A stretch of DNA of 63,980 bases, filler included, from Octopus bimaculoides (GCF_001194135.2; 4 parts of 4 records of this genome joined end to end with filler, not necessarily neighbours in it), one strand, 5' to 3'; counted from the first letter of the whole stretch, positions 24,121-37,299 are shown. Numbers and translations are program-made. Notes: generated by a model from the sequence alone, not told the origin.

Positions 24121-25769
24121 CCCCCTTTTCACCACCATTTTTCTTAATGACATTATGTAAATGGCCTGCCAATAAGGGGTGAAATGCGAACATGACCTCT
24201 GACCTACGCGCATCAACACTATTGATCGTCCACTGTAATGAGTCTGTCCAATTCTTTGATTGAATTTCATTGGTGGAACACTGTTCACTTGATCATGCTA
24301 GTGTCAAATCATAATTATTGATGCACTTTGTGCATATCTGATACATGCTTCAGCTTAGGCCTACCATTTGACGTACATTATTACTTTAACTTCATACTTC
24401 CTGTTGAAATTATTCGTTGTTCCCATACGCCATTAAGTTAACACCTTCATACTGTTGCTACCTACCAGTTTTTAGCTTACGCGTCATTAAATAATATTGT
24501 ATTAAGTGTCTTTATGTCCTCATAGCTAACTGTCTGTCCCTGCTTCCACCTTTTTTGAATATGTTTAGTAGGTTTCCTTTTTATACATCGTGCCAAATTT
24601 GTTTTTCTGTGTCCCTTTTGCCCATTTTCTTTTAAAACTCGCAATTCAAACATAGTCCAATACTACTACCATGCTACCTAAGAAAAGAACATGCCTTGGT
24701 TGTAAAACAGAGACTGCTTCGGCTGCCAAAAGAAGTCATGTTTCTCTCATGGCCAGTTATATGTTGGATGCTCCAGAATTGGAAGCAAACAAAATCTATT
24801 CGTACTTGCCCCTAATGGCAAAATGAAAAATGTGGTCTAGAGAGAGGAGTTGTAGGCACTTCACGTGCCAACTGCTTTCAGATTTGTGAACCTCTATGCC
24901 TCCACTACACCAGTGCAACCTTGCAGACTTGATATGTGGTCAGTAAGTGCTACTATAATCATGCTTTCAAAGTTACTAACTTTCCTCAACCATGTTTCTT
25001 TTCCTTTGTCCAACCTAGGTTTGTCCTCTTTTCAGAGTTTACATTTAAACAGTTCTGTTGCTTTCAGTATAAACGTAAAAAAGGCCCTCTTCAAGGCCAC
25101 TTTACATATGACTGATACACCACCTGAGAATACATTACAGTCCTTTTCAGGGCTTCTTATTAAATTGTTACTGCTGTAAGAATGACAAAAAAACCTTTTT
25201 CAGGGCTACTTTACTAGTGATTGTTACACCATCTTAGAATGCATTAAAGCCCTTCTCAGGACCTCATATCAACTGTTACTGCTTGGCTTCAGCGGTACCT
25301 GGCAACCAATTCTGTTACAATAAGCGATCAGTTTTGTTACAATTTGGCATTAACATTATTTGACATAGGAAATTTACTAAGTATCAAAAACATTGTAGTA
25401 TTTGAATCCTGAGCAATGCTGGGTACTTCTTCTAGTGCATATCACTAATGTACTACAAGTGTAGAAATGTGTCAAAACAATTGTAGAGACTTTAAAGAGC
25501 GTTGTTCATTCCATTTTTCATCATTTATCTATTTACATTAACTTTACACATACAATGCAATTCCTGATGCAATATCCAGTGGTAGGAGGGGGAAGTAAAA
25601 AATTATCTGTGTTTTTGCCATAACATATCTTTATTATTGTCACACTGCCTTCTGCACATGCATGCTTATACTTAATATTATTGTGATCACATGATTGAAG
25701 CTTGAGCCTGATCATGCCATTTTTCTTTCTGGCTTTACAGTGTAAGCATGACCACTTTATTAGCAATGT

Positions 25770-26150
25770 GCACCAAAGAACAAGGAGCAGTGATCTGATT
25801 TCTCTGGAAAAGGGATGTACAATCAACAATGCAAGATACAGTGCTTTGCTGGCCAACACACTGAAGCCAGGAATTTGCACCAAACACTGAAGCCTATTGT
25901 CGAAGGAAGTTTTGTTGCTGCATGACAATGCATGCCCACGCATGCCACCCAGACCATTGAAACCATTAACCAATTGGGTTAATGGTTTCAATGGTCTGTA
26001 TGATCAACAATGCAAGATATAGTGCTTTGCTGGCCAACACACTGAAGCCAGCAATTTGCACAAACACTGAAGCCCATTGTTGAAGCAAGTTTTGTTGTTG
26101 CATGACAATGTATGCCCACACACAGCTAACCAGGCTGTTGAAACCCCTTC
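25770..26150 (+). pseudogene. Mariner transposase fragment, partially duplicated
   Basis: TINNARYSALLANTLKPGICTKH*SLLSKEVLLLHDNACP. Block 25816-25938 is repeated at about 25998-26120. Confidence 0.85.
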
Positions 26151-27234
26151 TGACTATTTATAAAAATATAATTATTAATGTGTGCATCTATATGTCTTTG
26201 CATTGATTTAAACATAAGAACATGCGTGTCTGTTTCTCTGTCTAACTGTTAAAATCTCTCAATACAGTGAAACTTAAATGTAAATCTCCCAGCTTAAAAC
26301 CTTATTATCCCACCTGAAGAGTCTTCTATGCACTGTGTGTTGCATTTAGTGTTATTGCATCATTCCATGTCCACAAAGGAGCAGTGCATCTTGAAGATGA
26401 GACAATCGTTGTGGTAATATAAATATACATACACATACACACACACATATACATATATATACATATATATGTATTTATATTAATATAAGGGCATTACTAT
26501 AGAAGAATGCCTCATGCTAAACTACCATAATAAACACATTTTTACCAAATGCAAGGAAATGCAACTCTCAAAAACTGGCCTCTTAAAAACAAACTGAACT
26601 ATATATCGAACGATTTCACGATTATTACAACAATATGTAACTTTCGATCATCAGTATAGTATGACCATATATATATATATATGAATGTTGGGCCTCATGG
26701 TGGTATGAAGTTCTTCAGAAGACCTGCCCATGTCAGTGAAACTGAGTTCTTGAAGCACTGTGTGTTCCACCCACATATAACAGGAACACTTTTTACACAC
26801 TTTACCCCAACAAAGCAAACAATAACTCTTCTCTTCCTCACATTTCCCCTTTCATGCACTATGCTTATCTCTCACTTCTCAATCCTCTTCACTGTTTCAT
26901 TGCTATGTAGTAGACTCCACCCCTCTACATAACCAGGTTTTCAACACTCACTACATTCCTCTCCCCCACTCTATATACACATTTCTTTGGCAATGCCCTG
27001 CCACTTATATTAGGACCTCTGTATCTCAAGGGTATGCCCTGACACTTGTCACCATCCCTCTCTCTCTTCTTTTACTCCACTATCCCATTAATATTTTTTC
27101 CTCGTCCTTTGTGAGTATGCCAGTATTCTGCCACCATCTCTCTCCTGTTCTGTCTCACTATAACCTTTTATCATCTGACACAAGATCATCTCCTCCAATG
27201 CTCCCTCCCCTCTCAAAGGATATTGCCTTGCAAG

Positions 27235-27535
27235 TTACTTGGTAACCCAGCCAATGTTTGTGCCATGTAAAAAGCATCCAGTCGATTCTGTAAAGTGGTT
27301 GGCATTTGGAAGGACATCCAACTGTGAAAACCATGCCAAAACTGACTTCAGCTGTGCTTCTGCCACATAAAAAGCACTCAGTCCACTCTGCTGGATGGTT
27401 GGTGTTAGGAAGGGAATCCATCTGCAAAACCCTGCCAAAACAGAGAGAAGTCTGGTGCAGGCTCCTATCTGGCCAGCTCCTGTCAAATCGTCCAACCCAT
27501 GCCAGCATGGAAGGCAGACATTAAGTGATGATTAT
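27235..27535 (+). mobile_element. RTE-tailed SINE
   Basis: Ends aacccatgccagcatggaaggcagacattaagtgatga. Same family as 6918. Confidence 0.7.
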
Positions 27536-27663
27536 GATATATATATATAAAATAATAATATAGATTTAATCAAAAGATTAAATGTAGTACTTAAAATGTT
27601 TGAGGCACCAGAATTTGGTAGGGTAAAAACCAAAAACAAAATCAAGAGATTTGGTGAATAAAA

Positions 27664-27729
27664 TTTGAAGAAAAGCAACAAAAATTCAATAGGTTATAAC
27701 CTATTGAATTTTTGTTGCTTTTCTTCAAA
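27664..27729. repeat. Perfect 66-bp spacerless palindrome
   Basis: tttgaagaaaagcaacaaaaattcaataggtta|taacctattgaatttttgttgcttttcttcaaa, checked base by base. Confidence 0.95.
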
Positions 27730-27812
27730 ATTATATATATATAAAGTTGTAGTATATTGTCAACTTAATGTGACAATCCCAATAAGGGAATACACTACTG
27801 CCGTTTAGCCCT

Positions 27813-27912
27813 NNNNNNNNNNNNNNNNNNNNNNNNNNNNNNNNNNNNNNNNNNNNTTAATTAATTAANNNNNNNNNNNNNNNNNNNNNNNNNNNNNNNN
27901 NNNNNNNNNNNN
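27813..27912. other. Artificial scaffold-join spacer 44N-TTAATTAATTAA-44N (also 46002-46101 and 62870-62969)
   Basis: The same 100-nt layout occurs three times. The 12-mer gives stops in all six frames. Confidence 0.92.
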
Positions 27913-27971
27913 ATATAAATATATATATGTGCATGTATGTGTATCTATGTATGTTTATAGGTATATGAGCT

Positions 27972-28035
<64 letters not shown>

Positions 28036-28377
28036 TATTTATATATATATGCATGTATGTATCTGTATGTATGTATGTATATTTGGTTGGATGGATGTGT
28101 GCTCAGAACTCTTTCCTTCTTCTGCTTCATATCCACCAAAGAATGCTAATATCCGCTCAGATGCCTAAGACAGGCTACACAGCTACAAGCAAACAAAAAT
28201 GCCCACACACACACACACACATCAAACCCACCGCTGTCTTCTCCACATATTTCTATTGATCAGTTTAATACATACGGCACACATTTAAATACATAAGAAT
28301 ATATATCAGTATGTATACGCATATGTACACTTGCACACCCCGGACTTGAATATGCAAAGGTGATAAGTCACAAAATC

Positions 28378-28411
28378 AACTAGGTCATTAGGTCATCAGG
28401 TTATCAGGTCA
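28378..28411 (+). promoter_or_regulatory. Array of nuclear-receptor AGGTCA half-sites (RevDR2/RORE-like)
   Basis: AACT-AGGTCA-tt-AGGTCA-tc-AGGTTA-tc-AGGTCA. Motif match only; function untested. Confidence 0.3.
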
Positions 28412-28680
28412 ATGAGCCAACAGTAAAGAGCGTTTCACTCTCACACACACACATACATATATGCATACGTACATATGTNNNNNNNNNNATATTTATATAT
28501 ATTATATATATTTATATATTATATATGTATATGTATGTATATGTATGTATGTATGTATGTACATGTATAATATATATACATATATACATATACATATGTA
28601 GATATGTGTATATATGTGGGTGTGTGTACATATACACACACATGCACACACACACACATGCACACAGACACACACACACG

Positions 28681-28717
<37 letters not shown>

Positions 28718-29089
28718 GAATGTATGTATGTATATAAATATACATATCTCAGACAAGGTATGAGCCAATAACATCGTTGTTGGCAGTCTGGCATACTTTT
28801 CACTAGGTCATCATCATTATCATCATCATCATCCCCATCATCATCCTCATCACTTTATCATTCACTTTTCCATGTTTCTTTGAGCCAGACAAAATTCACT
28901 GAAGCAGATTCTTTCCATGGTTGGATGCTCTTCCTGTCACTAAATCTCATCTCTTCCCAAGCAGTGTAATACTCCTACTTGTCCTTTACACATGAATAGT
29001 ACAGATAGCTGGACATGTTTTCGCAGAAGATTGCAAACAAGAAAAAAAAGAACACATCTGATTGTGTGATGATAATGATGATGTTTATT

Positions 29090-31200
29090 TACAATCAATA
29101 CATACATACATTCATACATACATACGAAATTACATACATACATGCATACGTACATACGTACGTACATTCGTACATACATACATACTTACATACGTACGGA
29201 CATACGTACATATGTACGTACATGCGTCGCAAATACGCGGTATATTTTGAAAAATTAGACATAGGAACACGAACCATGCTGCTTATTTGACTCGTGCTTC
29301 ATATGTTGTCTGGTCATTTCTGCTGATGATAGTCCGACCTTGTAAGATATAAATATTTTTTATCTTACTAAAATTGACTTGAAACCATGGTACAGATTAT
29401 AGATTGGTAAAAGTTTTTATTTTTCATTTCCTTTCGAAATTATCCCTAATTTTTGTGGTATGTAGTCTTTTGCTGCTATTTCTAGCGAGTAGATGTCCTA
29501 TTATAGGCATCTCTGCATTTTAAATGAATAATACATAGTCTATTGACTGTTTTTTTACTCTCGCTAGACCACTGGTGGTAAATAAAATTTCTAAAATTTT
29601 TTTGCTACCCTATAATTTGTTATTAACATTTATATGTAGGTCCATACGTACATACATACATATATACGTACATACAGACATACATACTTACGTACAAACA
29701 TACGTATATACATACGAGCCTACATACGTGTTTACATACGTACGTACATACGTGCATGCATACGTGCATACATTACATGCATACATACGTGCATACATTA
29801 CATGCATACATACGTGCATACATACGTGCATACATACGTGCGTAGATAATGCTTACATACGTGCATACTTTCCAGGATGTTCCACCCTCGGCCGAACTTT
29901 TCAGGATGTGCCACCCTCGGAACATTCAATGATGTATCATGGTTCTCCCATCGAAATTCCACCCTTGGAACTTTCCAGGAATTACCACACTCGGATCATT
30001 CCAGGATGTACCATGGTACTCCCCACAAAGTGCCACCCATGAGACTTTCCAGGAAATGCCACCCTCGGAAATTTCCAAGATGTGTCAAGGAACTCCCCAC
30101 GAAGTTTCACCCTCAGGAAGTGCCACCCTCTGAACTTTGCAGGATGTGCCACCCTCGGAACTATACAGGATGTTCCACACTCGGAACATACCAGGTTGTG
30201 CCATAGTGCTCCCCACAAAATTCCACACATGGAACTTTCCAGGAATTACCACCCTCGGTACTTTGCAGGATGTACCAGCCTCTGAAATTTCCAGGATGTG
30301 ACATGGGGCTTCCCACGAACCGCCACCCTCGAAACGTTCCAGGAAGTGCCACACTGGGAACTTTCCAGGAAGTACCACCCTCGGAATTTTCCAGGATCCG
30401 TCCTGGGCCTCCTCACGAAGTGCCACCCTTGGAACTTTCCACAAGTTCCAGCCTCAGAACATTCCAGGATGTGCCATGTTGTCCCCCACGAAGTGCCACC
30501 CTCAGAAATATCCAGGAAGTGCAGCCCTCGGAACTTTCCAGAAAGTGCCACCATCGAAACTTTCGATAAAACGTCCGTACATACATACGTACGTACATAC
30601 ATACGTACGTAAATACGTACGTACATACATACGTAGTACATACGTAGTACATACGTAGTACATACGTACATACATACTTGCGTACATACATACATACATC
30701 CATACGTAAATACATACATACGTACGTACGTACATACATACGTACGTACTTACATAAGTACGTAAATGCTTACATACGTACGTACATACTTACGTACATA
30801 TGTACGTTCACACATACATACATACATGCATACATACGTACATATATACGTACTTATATACACACATACATACGTACGCACATACGTACGTACGTACATA
30901 CGTGCATACATACATGCTTACATACGCGCATACATACGTGCATACATACGTGTGTACATAGTGCATACATATATGCATATGTATATGCATACGTACGTGC
31001 ATACATACATACGTACATACATACGAACATACGTGCATACATACGGGCCTACATACGTGCATATATAGATGCATACATACGTGCATACTTACGTGCGTAC
31101 ATTGTGCATACATACGCGCATACGTACGTGCATACATACATACTTACGTATATAGGAGCGTACATATGTCATACATACGTACATAATACCTACATACATA
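29090..31200. repeat. (TACG/TACA)n cryptic microsatellite blocks flanking a 26/22-bp minisatellite (29865-30560)
   Basis: Blocks at 29090-29230, 29640-29865 and 30565-31200. Unit A gtgccaccctcggaactttccaggaa (26 bp); unit B gtgccatggtactccccacgaa (22 bp). Confidence 0.9.
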
Positions 31201-31600
31201 CCAGGAAATAGCTCATCCTCGGAACTTTCCAAGAATTCCTTGGAACTTTCCTGGAAGTCCCATCCTCGGAACTTTCAGGTACGTTCCGATGAGGGGTAAT
31301 TTCTTCCTGTAAAGTTCCAAGTATTTCCTGGAGAGGGAGGAATTACTTCGTGGGACGATCTGAGGAGGAGGAGGAATTACTTCCTGTAAAGTTTCAAGGA
31401 AAGGAAGGAAGGGGTAGAATTCCTTCCTGGAAAGTTCCAAGGATGGTGAGGAAGGGGAGGAGTTACTTCCTGGAATTTTCCGAGGAAGGGGATGAATGGG
31501 AGGAATTATTTCCTGGGAAGTTCCGAGGAAGGGGAGGAAGGAGAGGAATTACTTCCTTGAAAGTTCCGGAGAGGAGGAATTACTTCCTGGAAACTTCTGA
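31200..31600. repeat. Related minisatellite whose orientation flips near 31280
   Basis: cctcggaactttcc units before 31280 and reverse-complement ggaaagttccgagg units after. Confidence 0.8.
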
Positions 31601-31603
31601 AGA

Positions 31604-31945
31604 GGGGCGCCCATCATGCTGCTGCGGAATTTGGATGCTCCAATAATGTGCAACGGCATGTGCATGATAATCTATATTTATACTCCCGAGTTTTACAAGC
31701 AACCATCTTGGACCGGCCGCTGGTCAAGATGTTCTTATAACTCCAGTGTCCCTCCCTCCCTCCGATACGATCTACAAGTTTAAGCGGCTTCAATTTCCTG
31801 TCAAACTCTCATTTGCAATGGCAATAAATAAGGCACAGGGTCAATCATTGCAAATGGTTGGTTTAAATCTCACAGAGGAAGTGTTCTCCCACAGTCAACA
31901 TTACGTTGGATGCTCCCGTGTTGGCAGGCCACAAGTCTATACATT
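31604..31945 (+). pseudogene. Helitron RepHel Pif1-family helicase C-terminal remnant
   Basis: GAPIMLLRNLDAPIMCNG, then FKRLQFPVKLSFAMAINKAQGQSLQMVGLNL.EEVFSHSQHYVGCSRV. Helitron-like 3' end ccagatgaaactgg..gCTGG|T at 32573. Confidence 0.9.
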
Positions 31946-32145
31946 TGTGCATCAGAAGGGAAAACGAGAAACGTTGCCTACAAAGAAGCGCTCCACTGAA
32001 AAGACAGCATTTCTTCACATCTTCCGAATCCCCCCAGTCATCGGCCGCCTCAAAAGCTTTGTACTTGCCGTGCCAGCCAACATAAGTCAATGACACACAA
32101 CTTCACTCATTCACTCTATCTCTCTTTCTCAACCTCTTTCTCTCT

Positions 32146-32191
<46 letters not shown>

Positions 32192-33644
32192 CACACCCAC
32201 ACATGCACGTCCATTTCATATATCTTTCAATTTCTGCTTTCTGCAAATAAAACTTTTACAGATACAACTGCTTACAAAAATTGGGATTAATGTATAATTT
32301 CTTTCTATGTTCATAATTAAATAAATGTTTTAATGATTATACAAACCTCCAATAGAATAGCTCTCAGAAACAGACTACGTACAAATTCTTTCGTCACAAC
32401 TCTTGGAGCCATTTTCTAACAGGGAGTTGATAAAATCTTCAAACAGCTAGAGGCTCCAATCAAAACAGAGGACCCGAAATGATAAGGTTGAGAAACGCTG
32501 TTATAGATTATGCCTAACCGAAAACGATCACAGCGATCCAAACAGGCCAGATGAAACTGGGTTTAGCTGCTGGTAGAATATAACTCTAAAATACGTATTC
32601 CATGTCCTTTTCAATTCTTATTCTTGGCAGAATTCTTTGTACTGTAATATAACAACCATATACATGCATGTGTATATGTATTTATGCACATGCTTTCATG
32701 TACACACACACACATGCAGAAACACACATACACTCAGATGATTATGTATATGTGTACGTATGTTTGCTTTGAAATAACAAAGAGACAGAGAGAGAGAGAG
32801 AGAGAGAGAGTAGTTATGGGAGTTTGTGGTAACTAAGACAGAGCTAAACTTTTGTTCATATCAGGCAAAAGGAATTAATCAAAATTTCCTGTTAAATTTA
32901 CCTGCAGCACAATTCACATCAATAAAGAGTTATCTGTTAACTTAGCATTGATTGCCTTTGGGAAGTCTTGTGACAGTAAAAATGTGATTGCATATGAGAG
33001 TGCACATGTGTGTATTTCTATGCATGTGTATATGTATGTGTGCATGTGTGGATAATGCGATTTGACCTGTGACTGATCCTAATGTAAAGACCATTAGCAT
33101 TTGTGTTATAGCCCCCTCTGAGCAGTTTTACCAAGAAGTTCATTTGAAATCCAGGGAGCATTTGATGAACAAATGAAAACCTTCTTTGGCTTTAGATTAT
33201 CAGTGGAGTTCATAGAGGTGATGTTTTCCATTAGGTCAGATGGCTTCAGATTGGCAAGAACTACAGCAACTGTAACAAAGATTCACAATCAACCAGCTTC
33301 CTTGTTTGTAACCCTACAGGACATTCATTGATTGAATAATATCAATTCCATATCCAGAACATGGAATCTTATCTATCTGACTGTCTAAATAGCTAAGAAT
33401 TAAGCTATTGGTCTTCTGGCAAGCAACAATATTATATTCCTACATCTAAAGAATCCTTTCGTGTTAATTCTAAATGACAGAACATTCCATTTTACTTCTT
33501 ATGAAACTTATTTAAACTTACATTGATTTTCAGAAAATTATTTTTGCTCAGCAACTCTGTCACAAACAAACCCCAGAAGATATAATTATCTCTCCCTCTT
33601 CCTCTCTATCTCCCTCTCTCTGTATATATATATATATATATATC

Positions 33645-33865
33645 ATCATCATCGTTTAACGTCCGCTTTCCATGCTAGCATGGGTTGGACGATTTGACTG
33701 AGGACTGGTGAAACCGGATGGCAACACCAGGCTCCAGTCTGATTTGGCAGAGTTTCTACAGCTGGATGCCCTTCCTAACGCCAACCACTCAGAGAGTGTA
33801 GTGGGTGCTTTTACGTGTCACCCGCACGAAAACGGCCACGCTCGAAATGGTGTCTTTTATGTGCC
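33645..33865 (-). mobile_element. RTE-tailed SINE (3' part)
   Basis: catcatcgtttaacgtccgctttccatgctagcatggg, the reverse complement of the 6918 copy. Confidence 0.8.
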
Positions 33866-34415
33866 NNNNNNNNNNNNNNNNNNNNNNNNNNNNNNNNNNN
33901 NNNNNNNNNNNNNNNNNNNNNNNNNNNNNNNNNNNNNNNNNNNNNNNNNNNNNNNNNNNNNNNNNNNNNNNNNNNNNNNNNNNNNNNNNNNNNNNNNNNN
34001 NNNNNNNNNNNNNNNNNNNNNNNNNNNNNNNNNNNNNNNNNNNNNNNNNNNNNNNNNNNNNNNNNNNNNNNNNNNNNNNNNNNNNNNNNNNNNNNNNNNN
34101 NNNNNNNNNNNNNNNNNNNNNNNNNNNNNNNNNNNNNNNNNNNNNNNNNNNNNNNNNNNNNNNNNNNNNNNNNNNNNNNNNNNNNNNNNNNNNNNNNNNN
34201 NNNNNNNNNNNNNNNNNNNNNNNNNNNNNNNNNNNNNNNNNNNNNNNNNNNNNNNNNNNNNNNNNNNNNNNNNNNNNNNNNNNNNNNNNNNNNNNNNNNN
34301 NNNNNNNNNNNNNNNNNNNNNCATAAGTGTGTACATATTATATACATACATATTATATATGAATATATATATATACATACATGCATATATATCTCCCTAC
34401 ACATCTATCTATACA

Positions 34416-34463
<48 letters not shown>

Positions 34464-35074
34464 AACATTTTTTAGCATAGAGATGTGTGTGTGCGTGTGT
34501 GTATGTGCGTGTGTGTGTGTGTGCGCATGTGTGTGTGTGTGTGTGTGTGTCTGTGTGTGTGTGTGATGTGTGTATTTGTTCTGCTTCAGTCAGGATCAAT
34601 AGCCAAATGTCTATTCTCAGTGTAGCCAATTTGAATGATTTAAAAATATTCCATAGATAATATCTATCTTTTTTTAAACAAACTGGCTATATTTACATTC
34701 AGATTGTAAAGCCAGACCAAAACAAGGGTTATCCAGTAATATCATTCTCCATTGGTTGCTTAGCAACTGATATAAATAGTGAATAGATTCTGAGAGGAAA
34801 CCCTTCTGCTTCAGAGCATATTTACTCAATCAAAGCATGTCTGTAACTTCTACCTGAGATATATATGTTGAAGAATTTACAAAATATTCCAGACAATATT
34901 GTGTGTACAAACATTAGTTAAATATTTAAATTTCATTAGCTTTGGTCATTTGTTTAGATATTGACAGAAATTTGAGAATTTGCTTTATAATATTGGAAAT
35001 GAAAATGTAAACCAGATGGAAAACAATTTTTTTTTTGTATTTTCATTGCTTAATATTTTTAGGTGCAAGCATAG

Positions 35075-35370
35075 CTCTGTGAAGGTGCATGGCTCAATGG
35101 TTAGAGCATCAGGTTCATAATCATGAGGGAGTGAGTTTGAATCCTGGACTGGGCTGTGTGTTGTGTTCTTGAGCAAGACACTTTATTTCACATTGCTCCA
35201 GTTTCATTCACCTGTAGGATTGAGTTGCGATATCACAGGTGCCATTCTATATCAGCCTTTGCCATTTCCTTGGATAACATTGGTGATGTGGAGAATAGAG
35301 GCTGGTATTCATGGACATAAACAACCTTGGTGCAATCCTAGAAAGTTACCACAAAAGGGGGGGGTCTTTT
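35075..35370 (+). mobile_element. tRNA-derived SINE
   Basis: A box tggctcaatgg and B box gagtttgaatcc. A longer copy lies at 40340-40685. Confidence 0.75.
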
Positions 35371-35931
35371 TTTATGGCTCTGAGATAAGAAGTTTGCTTC
35401 TCAACCACATAGTTTCAGATTTAGTCTCACTGTATGGCACCATGAGCGTCTTTTAATATGGCCCTGGGCTGATCAAAGCTTTTTGAGTGAATTGCTGACA
35501 GTAACTATGAGAAGCTCATTGTGTGTGTGTGTGTGTGCATGTGCATACTTGTGTGTGTGCATGCATGTGTGTGTGTGTGTGTGTGTGTGTTGTGTGTGTG
35601 CATGCACATGAATGTTTGTGTATCTTTGTCTTGAGAGTGTGATAGTTGCAAAATAATTGACACCATCATACAAGTAGAACATTTCCAGTCTTCTGTGAAA
35701 ATATGTCTGGTCATGGGGAGATATTACCTCACTTGGAAACAGTTGAGTGTTAATTTATTTATTTATGTGTTTCAGCCAAGTGGCTGCGGTCATGCTGGTG
35801 CACCGTGGAAACTTTTTATCAATAACCTCCATCTGACCCATGGAAGCATGGAAAAGTAGACATTAAAACAACGATGTTGATTATCATGGTGACAGTAAGG
35901 ATTAAGAGGTGGTATCCTATATAGTTTTCAG

Positions 35932-36065
35932 GTTCTCTGAAATCAGTGCGATTGATGCCATAAATATTCCTTATATATTGTTACAAGCTGATGATTGCAG
36001 GAGAGGCTTGGGCAGGGAAGTTATTACAGAAGGTCAATATTCTGAAGAGATACAGCTTGAGCATC
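35932..36065 (+). CDS. Weak candidate host exon, product unknown (FSEISAIDAINIPYILLQADDCRRGLGREVITEGQYSEEIQLEH)
   Basis: Acceptor atagttttcag, 44 open codons in unique sequence, donor C|GTGAGA. No homology recognised. Confidence 0.25.
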
Positions 36066-36271
36066 GTGAGATGAAGGACTAACACATGGTTTGTAAATTC
36101 ATAATAACTTGTTGGCATTTCATTTAGTGTCTACAAAAGAAATTAAAGTAATTGTGTTCAAGTTGGAGTGGTTTAGTCCAGTTCTACCCTTATCCAACAT
36201 GCTTATAATCAAAAGTTGTCCTACCCAGACCATGCCAGCTAATTTTCTGAGAGTGCATCTAAAACTCTTGG

Positions 36272-36475
36272 TGTTAGGAAGGGCATCCTTGGCGTTAGGA
36301 AGGGCATCCTTTGGCGTTAGGAAGGGCATCCAGCTGTAGAAACTCTGCCAGATCAGATTGGAGCCTGGTGCAGCCATCTAGTTCACCAGTCCTCAGTCAA
36401 ATTGTCCAACCCATGCTAGCATGGAAAGCGGACTTTAAACAATGATGATGATGATGATGATGAGGATGATGATGA
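36272..36475 (+). mobile_element. RTE-tailed SINE 3' fragment with a triplicated 5' junction
   Basis: (tggcgttaggaagggcatcc)x3, then the tail catgctagcatggaaagcggactttaaac(gat)n. Confidence 0.75.
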
Positions 36476-37188
36476 ACTATATTATCTGAGGTGTTCTTCG
36501 TGGTTTTCAGACAATATGTAACAGAATAAAACAGGTGCTGGAGTTTATGTGATTTGCTGATGCGGCACCTGCCTTGGTAAGGCCACAGTCCAGTGACTGA
36601 AAGAATAATAGAATGACTTAAATAAATTAAAAGAAAACTTTGTTATTCAATTTTTCCTTTTTTTGTTGGGTGGGGTTTCAATTATTGACATTACCTGTTA
36701 GTAGTAATTCCTGACACAAGTTTGCCCAAATCTCTAACAGTTCCAACAATATATCATCTAAGACTGACAGTTTATTTGTTGATCTGAAAGAATGAAGGGC
36801 AAAACTGAGCTTGGGAGAGTTTTGAATTCAGAACATAGAAAGTCAGAACAAATAATTCAAAGCACTCTCTGTGATACTCCAATTGGAAAAGTCTGAAGGA
36901 TGGCATGGGTATATCTTGAAATAACTTTAATCATTGGTCTGCTTGATTACTTGATTAGTGTTGTAGAGTTTAAGGTTAAACATTAGCAATAACAAAAAAG
37001 AAGGTTTTAACCTTTCTCCTCTCTTTCCACTTTAATACAAAGAGAAGAGGGAGGAGGAGGAGGAAATGGATAAAAAGGAAGAAAAATATGAAGAAGAAAA
37101 ACAAGGAAAATGACGTATGAGGAAGCAGAAATATTTAGACCAAAAGGAAAGAGAAATAAGAAGAAAGAAATAATAATGATGTTGATGA

Positions 37189-37222
<34 letters not shown>

Positions 37223-37250
37223 GGTGGAAGTAGTAGTAGTAATGATGATG

Positions 37251-37299
<49 letters not shown>

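Noticed and set aside
29877-30612. Overlapping Pro/Ser-rich ORFs on both strands
   Set aside because: They are products of a 26-bp (non-triplet) minisatellite with few stop codons.
33195-33290. Possible minus-strand exon AVVLANLKPSDLMENITSM..
   Set aside because: Poor donor (gttttc), no homology, and opposite strand to the other candidates.
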